This document shows positions 51,969 to 64,000 of a stretch of DNA of 64,000 bases, piece after piece. This DNA comes from Eledone cirrhosa (taxonomy: Eukaryota), in the NCBI GenBank assembly GCA_964016885.1, contig OZ024749.1:52824001-52888000 (forward strand), read 5' to 3'. Made by a program: the position numbers and the translations under genes. Below the pieces are notes generated by a model that was not told where the DNA came from, ran no database searches, and saw only the letters and a program-made list of their open reading frames with translations. Numbering within the stretch: the stretch's first letter is position 1; each line of letters begins with the position of its first letter.

Positions 51969-54900
51969 TCAAGTAATATTGATAGAGGACCGGGCTCGGG
52001 CATTGTACTGTGTTGTGTATTGCACCAGTTTTCGTTCCATATTCTAAAAAATATAAAAAAATAGAAATTATTTTATTAAAACAGCCATTTTATATTGTTT
52101 CTGCCAGTATTTACATTATAGTGGTTTATTTTTTTTTAAGAAATAAGTTATCTACTACACTAAGAGTTGCAGGTCACCAATTCTATTTAGATATATATAT
52201 ATATATATATATATATACACTATTGTACTTTTGTTGTAAAGGCTTTATCTACAAGATTTTGAGATCAGTATAAGTGGCCAGTTTAAATACTAACGGGTTA
52301 AGCCTATAGCTAGAAGTGAAAGAGGCCGTAAGGGTTCGAGAGATGACAACTACGATATTATGGACAAAACTAATCAATTGGAGACAGTTGCAGCCAACAG
52401 GACCTGTGGACTCTGCCAGGAAGAAGTGGGTAAAGAAGAAACAGCCAGAAGTGTTAAAATAAAAAATTTCAAAGTTACTTACAACACAGAGATCAACTTT
52501 GTCTGGGTTGTGCCTTTGTTGATAAATGCATTGACTAAATACGCTGTACAGTTTCTCTAAACGCTCCACAGTATAACCTTTAGTCTGAGTAACAATTTGG
52601 TCCAAAAGTTTTGACATCAGTCCTCTGTTGTATGTAGTGTTAGCTGCTTCCATATCATTGTTATTGACAGAAGAATCTTCTCCAACCATCGATATTTGGA
52701 ATGTCGCTGCTTCACCTAAAATAAGACAGAGACATTAAAAAAAATTCTTTGCAGTGGTCTTAGGGGTTCAAGAAGAAGCCACATTAAAGATTAACCCCTT
52801 AGTATTTACATTACACAAGACAATGTCTTTCATCAGAAATATGGAAATGAAAGTAATAAGACTGTCTTTCATAAAAAATTAAAGGGTTAATGATAATAAA
52901 CCTAAAAAAAAGAGGGGGGGGGGGATTTAAATACCTTCAGTTTCTTGATTTTCAACGGGTAGGGGGCAGTTTTCATTAACTTCTGGTGGAGCGTCTTTCT
53001 CTTGTTCTGATGTATTTTGGGAGTCAGTAGGAGCCTAACAATTATTGTAACAAAGATTTCTCTTAAGAAAACAAACAATACATAGGAAGAGTTAATATAG
53101 AAACAGAATCTAGTACAAGTAAAAAAAGAAAAATCATGTGTGTGTCTGTATGGTAGTGGAGATACTAAATATAGAAACAATTTATTACAAGTTAAAAGGA
53201 AAAATCCATACATATAAGATAGTGTGTATGTGGTAGTAGAGGTTTAAATACAATAATAATGAATAGATAGACTACATGTGTATGGTATAGACTATATCGT
53301 AAATAAAACATTGAAGGTGAAAAAGGCAAAGTTGACCGTCACAAAATATTAAATCAACATGACAGAATGTTGATTACATACGATGTTATATCCATGTAAA
53401 TTAATGACATATATAATCATCATCGCCATCTTCGTCGTCATTTTAGCATCCGTTTTCCCTGCCAGCAAGGGTTGGCTAGGTCTACATTGACCTCCCAGAT
53501 GGGCCAGGTAACAGGAGAGATACACACAGGAGTTCAGAATATAATGTAGCTGAAAGGTAGGTTACAATCAGGGATCTGTTCTTATTCTTCTTTATAACAT
53601 TACTCCAAGATATAAAAGGTGTTTAAGACAGGCTGTCCATGGAATTATCTGTATGCTGAAGACATTAATCCTCATAGCTGAATCTATAGAAGAATTAAAG
53701 AAAAAATTCCAAATATGGAAGCAAAACTTAACCCTTTTGATAGCAAACTGCCTGAAACCACCCCTGGTTCTATAATACAGAACTGTTTATATTTATCTAA
53801 ACACCTTTCATCATAATAATAGGTCAGAATAAATGAGAAAGTTATATTACTGAATTGCTCCAAATTATTTGAAAATTTTAGACAGTCTTTCAATTAGGAA
53901 TATGGTAATGAAAGGATTAATGACAGACTGTCTTTCATTAGAAATATGGTGATGAAAGGGTTAAAGACATAGGCAGTGTCTTTCATTAGAAATATGGTAA
54001 TGAAAGGGTTAATGACAGACTGTCTTTCATTAGAAATATGGTGATGAAAGGGTTAATAATAAGAATGTTTACTTTACTAAAATCATTTTTGATTATTCAA
54101 AAAAATAAAGTGATTGGTGTTAGAAAGGAAATACAGCCATAGAAAATGAGCCCAAAATGGAACGTATGAGCAAGACATGGTCGCCTGACTAGTCTTGCTT
54201 TTGTATGACAACCTGTCTAACCCATGCCAAGGTAGAAAATAGACATCAAATAGTGATTATGATGATGATTGATATATGTTGTAAGTCAATAAACAAACGT
54301 CTTATAGACACAAACTTGCTCTACTTACATTATCATTTGTCTTTGCTTGATCCAAGCTATCCAAGGATTCTCCGTTGCTCTCTATTGCACTTCCAATTCC
54401 ACTATCAAGACCATTCCTCGTTGTATTGGCAGTGGTGTGTGAGGTAGGCACACTAGTGGAGGTGACGGTAGATGACAGCAAAACTGAAGTAGTTACAGTT
54501 GATGTACTCGCCGATGACGTCGATGATGATGATGACGATGATAATAAAGAAGTGTTGGAACCATTGGTAGCGCTAGGGTTAGTTGTATTGGCAGTGATAG
54601 CACTGGATTGTTGCTGTTCGGCCCTCCCAGGAGAAGGTTGCTCGTGTCCCCGTCTTCGGTATGGGTAGTTGTTTTGCGTGGTGGAAGATGATGAAACGGT
54701 TGTCGATCCATTGGAGGTAGTCACTTCTGAATTTGAAGAATGAGTTGTTTTTGAACTTGATGGGGTGGAATCATTTAGAGATTCTCCTGAATGACTTCTG
54801 GTTTTTGTACACTGTCCTTCCTCTTCAGAGCCAGAAACTTCATCATCTCCCGAGTGGCCATTTTTCACGTGTCGGCTGCTAGCAGATGACCGCCTTCTCC

Positions 54901-57900
54901 GTAAACGCAACTTACGTCCTGGTTTGGATTTATTTACACTTGTAGATTGGTCAGAGTTTTGAAGCTGATCCTCAGAAAAACACTCGACACTTTCTGCCTC
55001 TGTTGAGGTAACCTGAGACTTGGGGGAGGAATTTGATCGGTATGACTTGGTTTTTGTTGGCGATTTCGATTGACAAAATATTTTCTCAACAACTTCGAGA
55101 GGTGCCTGAGATTCTGCATCCATTCCTCTTACCCTCCGACTAAATCTCGTAGGGTAATCTGAAGGGAGAACAGTTACCTGGCTATTTGTCGTAGATGAAG
55201 TAGCAACTGGCTCCGTTTCGGAAGCAGAATTTGGTCTTTCCGGTTCAAGTGAGAAAATATTGGTAACTTTATTAACTTCACCTAAACAAAGAAAAGAAAG
55301 AAAGAAAAATATATAATGTTTTTATAATACACACGTTGCTTAAGTTTCACAAATGTTTTTAATGGATTATCAAGAAGTTACACACATTTCACAGATTGTG
55401 CAAGTAAATACATATTACAATACAGTGTGTGTGGAAAGGATGGTGGTTCTGGCGTGTGTAGTGAGAATGGTGGTAGTGGGGGGCTGTGTTGGTGGTGGTA
55501 GTGGGGGGCTGTGTTGGTGGTGGTAGTGGGGGGCTGTGTTGGTGGTGGTAGTGGGGGGCTGTGTTGGTGGTGGTTGAGCCTAACCTTTTACCCCATCATC
55601 ACACATGATAAATTAACGATCAGAAAACACTTACCTCTTCTCCTTCTAGAGTTTACAATATCTTGGCACATTTTAGCAAATTCTGGGTTAAGTTCAGAAT
55701 TCACCACAGCATACGCCATATCTTTCAGGGCACAAACACGGTGACGAATAGCCTTTCCTAGATTAAATATAAATAAATGTTACTATAGTATAGTATAACA
55801 GTATAGTAAACATATAATATAGTATAGTATATTACAAAATAAGACATCTTGTAATGATTCAGCAGAAAATATCTAAAAAAATTATTTGTTAATTCAAATG
55901 TTTATAGTATCTTTAGTAGTAGACAGATTGTTGTGAACATTTGCAGTAAATTAAAGACTTAAATATTTAATATAATGCAGTCATAGTGGCTGTTTTATAC
56001 TTTATACAATGTCTTGCTAATGTAGATTCATGCAAAGTTAATATACAGGGTGGGACAGTCTTTTTTTATATCCTTTCAAAATGTGGAAGATCATTATGCT
56101 CCCCCACCCCCTGTATAAGAAATCCATATTATTATTATTATTATGAGAACTTACCTGTACTATCACTGTCTGGATTGTATTCTAAAGCATTGCGCCATAT
56201 TAAGTCAATATCATCCAGAAATTCTCGAGCTGTTGGATACATTTCGTTATCAATTTTTTTCAGCATCGAATTCAAATCCATTGGTTCCTTCACAATATCA
56301 TAGTAATCTGGAACCTAGAATATTATTTCAAGGGAAATTACAGTTTATCTTGGATTAATATTTGTAGGGTAATTACAGTTTATCTTGGATTAATATTTGT
56401 AGGGTAATTACAGTTTGTTAGAGAGTGTATCCCAGCTTTTTAGAAATAACTTCAGTTTCCCTGTGTATTGTAAAAAATGACTAACATGGCTGACATCAGA
56501 AAGGGCGTTGTCCGGTTGTAAAACATTATCTCAAAAATGACCCCATAATGATGAAAACGATGATAATAATAGATTGGGAAAAAAGTAGAATTCAAAGGAA
56601 GTTTTTAAAAAAATAATATCAGTTAGAAAATTGAAGACAATGTGTGTGTCCTGGTTTTTAGAATAGACTGTATCCCTGTGTATCGTAAGAAGTGATTAAA
56701 AGAGTTTGCATCAGGAAGGACATCTGGCTGTAAAACATTGCCTCAAAACATCCCATCCAACCCCTGCCAACATAGAAAACTGGATGTAAAAACAACAATG
56801 AAGGTAATTAAAATATAAAGACAGGAGTAAAAAAACTAATATTTCCAAGTAAATCATTAGAGAGCTCCAATGCCGATTATAACTTCAAATTAGAGAGTTC
56901 CAACGCCGATTATAACTTTGAATTAGAGAGCTCAAGTGCTAACATAACTTTAAACAGGAGTACTCAAATGCTAATGTAACTTTAAATTAGAGAGTTCCAA
57001 TGCTACTATAACTTTAAATTAGAGAGTTCCGATGCTAATATAACTTTAAATAGTTTCTCTTTCTATGTTTCTACAAAGGTCGATTGAAAAGTTCATATGC
57101 CAACTATGAAGGAGTGATGCTAGAGTTGTGGAATCTTGCATGCATTGTTTCATTCATGGTAAACTGACATCTGACAGCTTAAATAAGATTTCAAAAGTAA
57201 CTAGAAGTGACTAATTTTTTAACACAATGTTAGAAAAAAAAACCAAACCCAAGCAAGAATTTACATGAAAACTAAACAGAATAACTTACATCCTCAATAT
57301 CAACTGGCCGCATAAATATGCCGAATTTACGACATTTAGCAAGCTTGTTCCATATATCTCTTAGGAAGAGTCTTAGTTCTCTTAGGGTTGATTCTTCGTG
57401 AGATTTCAGTTTTGCCAATTCCGTTTCTGTTAGCTGGCGAGGAGTAGGTGGTGGGGCACGTGGTAATTCTTCTAAGACTCGAGCTGAAATAAACGTAATT
57501 TTATAAACAGAATTAACTTTTAACATCCTACATTGATTTAGTAGAAAATATCTGAACACAGATCTGTAAATTCAAATATTTATAGTATCTTTACTAGTGG
57601 ACAGATTGTTGTGAAAAATTTCAGTATTAACTTTTAACATCCTGCATTGATTTAAGCAGAAAAGATTTTTTTAAATGGATTTATTAATTCAAATGTTTAT
57701 AGTATCTTTACTAATGGACAGATCATTGCGGAAATTTGCAGTAAGGACTTTAGTTTTTTATGTGATGCAGTCATAGTAGGCTATGAATTGGCAGAGTCAT
57801 TAGAACGTCAGATAGAATGCTTTATGCTGTTCATTCAGACTCTACTCTCTGAGTTCAAATCCCGCCAAGGTCAACTTTTGCCTTTCATCCATTCGAGGTC

Positions 57901-60900
57901 GATAAAAAAAAATAAAAAAAGAAGTACCAGTTTAGTACTGGGGTAAATTCTTCCTCTTAAGTGAAATGTACATTAGAGCACCACTACAACTCCACCAAGA
58001 GTTCTAGATCCACACACACACATTCTTAAGTGAATCCTATATTACAACACCCCTAAGACTCCACCAAGAGTTACAGGTCTAAATACACACAAACAGATTC
58101 TTAAGTGAAACTTACTTCTTTGCCTTTTATTGACTGGTGGTTTGACAGCTTGATTCAGCAACAAATCTGAAAAGAAATCCCGCCGTTCTTGTTCTGTTGG
58201 GTTACTCATATGCATCACTTCAGCTGCTAAATCATCAAACAAGTCTTTCAACTGAAAAAGAAAACATCACTTTAGTTTTATATTTTATTGATACATAATA
58301 TATATGTATTTATTTAATTGGTATTTCGAAATGGAAAAAAGAGCAACTCACATCATCATCAAGAAAATCATAAGGAACTTCACTGGTGGCTAAAAGTAGA
58401 ATTGGTAAGCATGGGTCAAAGTCATCAACCATTGTTAAAAATGTAGCTTTCAGAGTTTCACTTGAAACACTCCACAGATAATTTATGTGTGGTAAATATA
58501 ATATGCTAGGACTTGTTCTCTTCGCTTCACGGAATATCTATCAAAACAAAAATCAATAATAAATATTAACTGTTTAAAGTAAAAATCAAACATCTTAAAT
58601 ACGAAGCTACATTTAATTCAATAAAATTTATCAGTTCACCTCTCAATATAATTACTAGAGATTGATAGTTGCAGTAATTAATTAATTATCATATATTACA
58701 ACTTATAAGACGCATGGGCAGACATTTAAAATAATTTTTTAAATAAATGCGTTTTAATTACGAATGTCAGGTGAAGGTTATAAAATTTACTTTATTCTAT
58801 GCATTATATATTTGGTTGAAATATTTTAGTACAATTTTAAAACAAAAGTAAAAACAAATTTATTTTATTCATCATCAAATTTATAATTTAGAGAGGAATC
58901 GCAGACCTGTGTGCAAGATTCTTCAGGTGTCCTGTTACTAGCAGCAAACAGTGATGGTAAATCAATTACATAAACAGGCATTTGCTCAAGGTATTGCATA
59001 ATTGCAGGAGCAAGATGTACAGACTGTCCTTGGCCTATCTTTCCAGCAAAGAGAAGACGTGGACGGTATGTTAATGGCTGCTTCGAGGCACAACTACAAA
59101 AAAATAAAACATAAAAATTGAAGGCGGAGGGGAAAAAAAGAAAATAAAGAAAACACAAGAATTTAAAAAAAAATAAAGAAAACAAGAATTTTAAATAAAA
59201 AAATTAAATTTTGAAAATATCAAAGTAAGTTCTGATGGAGTAGTAGGGGCACTACCATGGCACACACATAACATGTATTGAGTATTTTAAATAATCTTCC
59301 AACATACTGAAGCATGGAACAAACTACCTGCATCAGTTGTTAGCTGTCGGGGCACTGCATCCTTTAAAACCTCCATGCTTCCTGAGATTCGCCAACACTA
59401 CACCTAATATCCCCCCTCCATACACATACACACATGTATATCATGACTCATGGCTTAGTGGTTAGAGCATTGGCCTTGCAATCGAAAGGTTGTGAGTTCA
59501 ATTCTCAGACCGGGTGATGCGTTGTTTCCTTGAGCAAGACACTTTATTTCACATTGCTCCAGTTTACTCAGCTGTAGAAATGAGAAGATAGGGACTGGGG
59601 TCCATATCATTCCACTGCAAAGTGGTCGTGGAGGTGCCACGGCAAAAAAGCACCCAGCACTCACTGTAAATGAGGTTGGTGTTAGGAAGGGCATCCAGCT
59701 GTAGAAATCAAGCCAGCATCAGTTCCCGTCCCACCCTTGCAAGCAGGGAAAAAGTGGACGTAAAATGAAATGATGATGATACACTATTCACTTTCCTGAC
59801 ATTTGTATATCATTCTATGTACTATACATGCACCTTTGATGAGTTGTTGTGCACCTGAGCACTGTACACAATTTCATTACTATTATTATAATTTTATATA
59901 AGAACCATAAGTTACTATTTCAGTAATGAAATAATTAATAATTTTAATATATCCTTTAATAATTCTTCATTAATTAATTGAAATAGTGTATTTCATTAGA
60001 AATATAGTAACAAAAGGGTTAAAACTCAACATATTTCAAAACAACAACATTTTAAAACTTAAGTTTATTCATTGATAATTACTTAACTAAATAGTTTCTC
60101 GCTGAATAAAAAAAAAATAAAAATAAAAAAGGAAAGTTATTTGTTTACCTTTGAAAATCTAAGTAAGATTCTGTAACTTTTTCAGGAACATAATTCTGGG
60201 GTTTTCTACCTCGTTGACGAGGTGTTTCATATATACACGGACCTTCTTCATCTTCAAGCCAGTCCTCAGTAACATCATCTATTTTGTCTGATTTCTCAGA
60301 GGAACCTATTCAGGTGTGAAAGTTAGGGGCTTTTTTATTTGATATTTTGTTTTTGCTTTTCAATAATTTATCAAAATACTTGCATAATAACAGTTTCTGA
60401 TTGAGGCACAAGGCCAGAAATTTGAATGGAAGGAGAAAGTATATACAGATGTAGATAGGACATATGCAGATGTAGATAGGACATATACAGATGTAGAGAT
60501 CACATTACAGATGTAGATAAGACATACAGATGTAGATAGGACATATACAGATGTAGAGCTGACATTACAGATGTAGATAGGACATATACAGATGTAGAGA
60601 TGACATTACAGATGTAGATAGGACATATACTGATGTAGATAAGACATACAAATGTAGATAGGACATATACAGATGTAGAGATGACATTACAAATGTAGAG
60701 ATGACATTACAGATGTAGATAAGACATACAAATGTAGATAAGACATATTCAGACGTAAAGAAATAATATTACTAAGTTTTAGAGAGAAAATTCTTTAAGA
60801 ACTGACCTTTCAAGGTAAGACTATGACTGTGTGACAAATCCCTTGGAAAAATGATTTCCAAAATTGAAAGTGCCTTTTTAAAGCTATTCTCAAGAAGGGG

Positions 60901-63900
60901 CCTGACAAGTTTGGATAATGGATGTCTTGGGGTGGTATTAGAACGCTGTGATGTTGGAACAATTACTTTCATTGCTCGATAAAAATCAATTGCAGTGATG
61001 TGTATTGATGAGACATCTAACTGAAGTTTTTCTGAAGAATTGTAAATCTGTGGATACCTCCTCCTTAAAGCCATCAAAGCAGCCTCTGTACACAATGCCT
61101 TGATATCGGCACCACAATAACCTACAACAGAAAAATATTAAATAAAACAACAACCTCCGTATATCAAACACAAGACCTTGATATCAAACACAAGACCTTG
61201 ATATCAAACATAAGGCCTTGATATCAAACATAAGGCCTTGATATCAAACATAAGGCCTTGATATCAGCACCACAGTAATAAAAAATATTAAATAAAACAA
61301 TACCACAATAACATACAACCTTGAAATAGAACCCCCCCCCCCCCTCCCCTCTCAACAAATCTCAAATAATAAGTTAACCCTTTAGCATTTACATTATATA
61401 TACTTTTGTAGTCAGGGCTTTACCTCAATATCAAATCTGAGATTTTGATATAATTTATTTTGAGAACAATACCTTAATGTCAGTATGAGTGGCCGATTTG
61501 AACAGAAAGAGGTGAGAGAATTCTGGCTGGTTTAAATGCTAAAGGGTTAAACAAATTCACCCCAACCACCCACATAGGGAAGGAAAGAATCGATCAACAA
61601 GACTCCAGACCTTGTTTGCTTATTAAGTGAGGTGGAACTCATCAAATCAGACCAAGAAAACAATGTTTCCATTGCTGATACTATCTACCAGTCACAACAT
61701 GGAATAAAGTGTCTTGCTCAAGGACATGTTTAGAGGGCATAAATTCCAGGTAAAAGAAATAGGTACATGAAATTAGTACAAGCAACAGTATCATCACAGG
61801 TGTGATAGCAGTATTATATAGGTCACCAACAGGTGTGGCAACAATATTTTGTGGGTTATATTTCAGCTTTATAATAGAAGTGGGTCACCAACAAAATCTA
61901 GAAAATCCAGACAACTTTTCTTTCAACATCCATTAAACTTACCAACACACTTTTGGGCAATTTCCGCAAGAAATGATTCAGACAGCTTAGGATTCCAATC
62001 TTTAGTGATGATAGAGAAAATCTGGGAACGAGCCTGGAATGTCAAAAATATAACATTTTAAACAATGATTGACTCAAGAAACATCTAGAAAATTCCATCG
62101 TTTTATATATTATGTATACAGTAGCTACTTTATAGTTTAGTTTGAAGTGAATTTCTGTTAACATGTTCAACATAACTTGTTTATCTGATTCCACTAAATA
62201 ACAAAAGTTTTATGGAAGTAGAAAGTCCAGTAATTTGAGGAGAAAAATGGAGAGGAAATCAGGAAGAATCCAGTGAAGAGATCCAATGAATTATATGGCT
62301 CTTGAACTTGGAATATGATACTAGAAACAGTCAAATTTTTAAAGATTAGCACCAGTATTAACATACCAAAGGGGAAAGGAAGAATTATGGATGAATAGAT
62401 ACCAGGGGATGGCAGAAAAGAGGTCAGATGGTATTATGGAATGGAGGGGAAGAAGTTTGGTGGAATGTACAGCAATAGCAAGAGACAGGAAAAGATGGAG
62501 AGTGTTGGTACATTAGTCTACGACCCCTGACCCTCAGTTATGAGGATGGGATGAGAAGAAGAAATACTATATAACTCCCCACCTCCACAGAAAGTTGTTG
62601 AAAGTGAACTTACATGAAAAGATGGCAGTGGAAAGTGGAATTCTCTGTCGAATCTTCCGGGACGTCTCAAGGCCGGATCAATAGCGTCAAGACGATTAGT
62701 AGCACCGATGATAACTATCTCATCCCGGCTATCTAAGCCATCCATTAAAGCAAGCAGAGTGGAGACAATGGAGCTATGAATTTGGTCCTGCCGACTTGAC
62801 CGAACTGGAGCAAGACCATCAATTTCATCAAAAAATATTATAGATGGTCGAGTTTGGTAGGCCTATTTATTGGAAGAAAACAAAATTTCGATTGTAAGTA
62901 AATAAAAATAAAACATTAAATTTAAAAGAACTAACCCCCCTCCCCCAAAAAAACCTCCAAGTTTGAAAATATTTCATAAAAAAATTTTAAAATTATTTTT
63001 CTTAACTGTCAAATACTTTAAGTATTTTAAATTATATAAAGTACTAACAAAATGATAAAAAGATAATTAAAAAACTAAAAAAAAATTGATAAAAATGTAG
63101 TTTGCTTTGGAGGATTGTGTGTGTGTGTATACACACACACACATTATAGATAGATATATATATATGTAATGTAGAAAGTGATATATGTAAGAAAGCTAGA
63201 GTAATACAAAACAGACGATAAAATGAAGGCAAGGAAAAAGTTATCTGGTAATCTTTGTTGCGTTTTCATCTTAATATTTTGGGACTTAAAATTTCCATTT
63301 GTCAAAATATAAGGAACACTCAGAGGAGAAAAAAAGGGTTGATAAAGGTGTATACTAACCTGATCAAATAATAACCTTAGTTGACGTTCAGACTCTCCAA
63401 CCCATTTACTGAGACAGTCAGCACCTTTACGCATGTAGAAAGCCACTCTTCGATCATTTGTGCTACATTCATTAGTTAAAGCTCGGGCTACCAATGTCTT
63501 TCCAGTACCTAGAATGAAAATTATAATGTATGTAAGGACCAGTAACTTTGGGTGGAATTATAGCTAGGGCTCTATATATATATATATATATAGTATGTAT
63601 TGAGCATTTTAAACCTAGCATAGCCCATCCACTCTACAATACAGACAATTTCTTCCAGAGAAGCAGAGAGAAATGCACCCACTACACACTGTAAAGTGGT
63701 TGGTGATAGGAAGGGCTTCCAACAAGGAGGACCCTCAGTTGTGCCAAAGACACGACACCCTCTCCTGTGCACTCAGTAGAACATGAGACCGTACATAAGC
63801 GAAGCGTCAGATACCTGGCTTGTCTAGGAAAGCAGTAGCCTTGGCTTCAGTACTGACAGATGTTAAAGTGATGATGATGATATAGAGGAAGAATTGACCC

Positions 63901-64000
63901 CCAGTACTTTATAATTAGAAGTAAAAAACATTAAAAAGTAGAGAAGTTCAATGTAAACTGGTAAATAACTGACCTGGTGGACCATAAAAAAGAACTCCTC
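51969..64000 (-). CDS. ATAD2: ATPase family AAA domain-containing protein 2 / 2B ortholog (AAA+ ATPase with bromodomain), 5' part outside the window
   Basis: In-phase exons: 63974->64000 (GVLFYGPP), 63360-63508 ([11 protein letters not shown]...[23 protein letters not shown]), 62614-62862 ([22 protein letters not shown]...[23 protein letters not shown]), 61943-62033, 60807-61121 ([15 protein letters not shown]), 60149-60305, 58907-59093, 58352-58537, 58116-58251, 57290-57483 ([10 protein letters not shown]), 56155-56314 (PDYYDIV...NALEYNPD, bromodomain), 55635-55757, 54329-55281 (Ser/Thr-rich), 52935-53034, 52483-52715, 51969-52043 (TGA). Confidence 0.94.
56865..57050. repeat. 39-bp degenerate tandem repeat, ~5 copies
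   Basis: Unit ttagagagttccaatgccgattataactttaaa-like. Confidence 0.75.
60444..60750. repeat. ~20-22-bp tandem repeat
   Basis: Units tacagatgtagataggacata / tacagatgtagagatgacat. Confidence 0.85.
61160..61266. repeat. 20-bp tandem repeat, ~5 copies
   Basis: Unit ccttgatatcaaacataagg. Confidence 0.85.

Noticed and set aside
54302-55123. Stand-alone 273-aa Ser/Thr-rich gene
   Set aside because: It is part of the in-phase 953-nt ATAD2 exon 54329-55281.
59830-59865. TGATGA...CTGA as a C/D box snoRNA
   Set aside because: The boxes are only ~12 nt apart and lie within a LINE 3' UTR repeated elsewhere in the window.

Overview
AT-rich, intron-rich animal DNA with dense (TA)n/(CA)n microsatellites, tRNA-derived SINEs and RTE, CR1, R4-Dong and Tx1 LINE debris. 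That repeat landscape points to an octopod cephalopod (inference). Three conserved multi-exon genes can be spliced by hand with consistent phases: HADHA (minus, 8323 to at least 23763), HADHB (plus, 32133-51140, head-to-head with HADHA as in vertebrates) and the 3' part of ATAD2/ATAD2B (minus, 51969 to the window end, convergent with HADHB). An intronless 560-aa ORF with several hydrophobic segments (4390-6072, minus) is not recognisable. Most other ORFs in the track are translations of tandem repeats. The best unexplained signals are RNA-level. (1) Type I hammerhead ribozyme motifs lie in HADHB introns (34009-34063, 43841-43892, and a sense/antisense pair in a perfect 104-bp inverted repeat at 36657-37142), with compensatory stem I changes and Penelope-like flanks. 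(2) A ~490-bp inverted duplication of a GC-rich, highly self-complementary element lies between HADHA and HADHB. (3) A candidate first HADHA coding exon has a donor reading AT instead of GT, possibly rescued by A-to-I editing.
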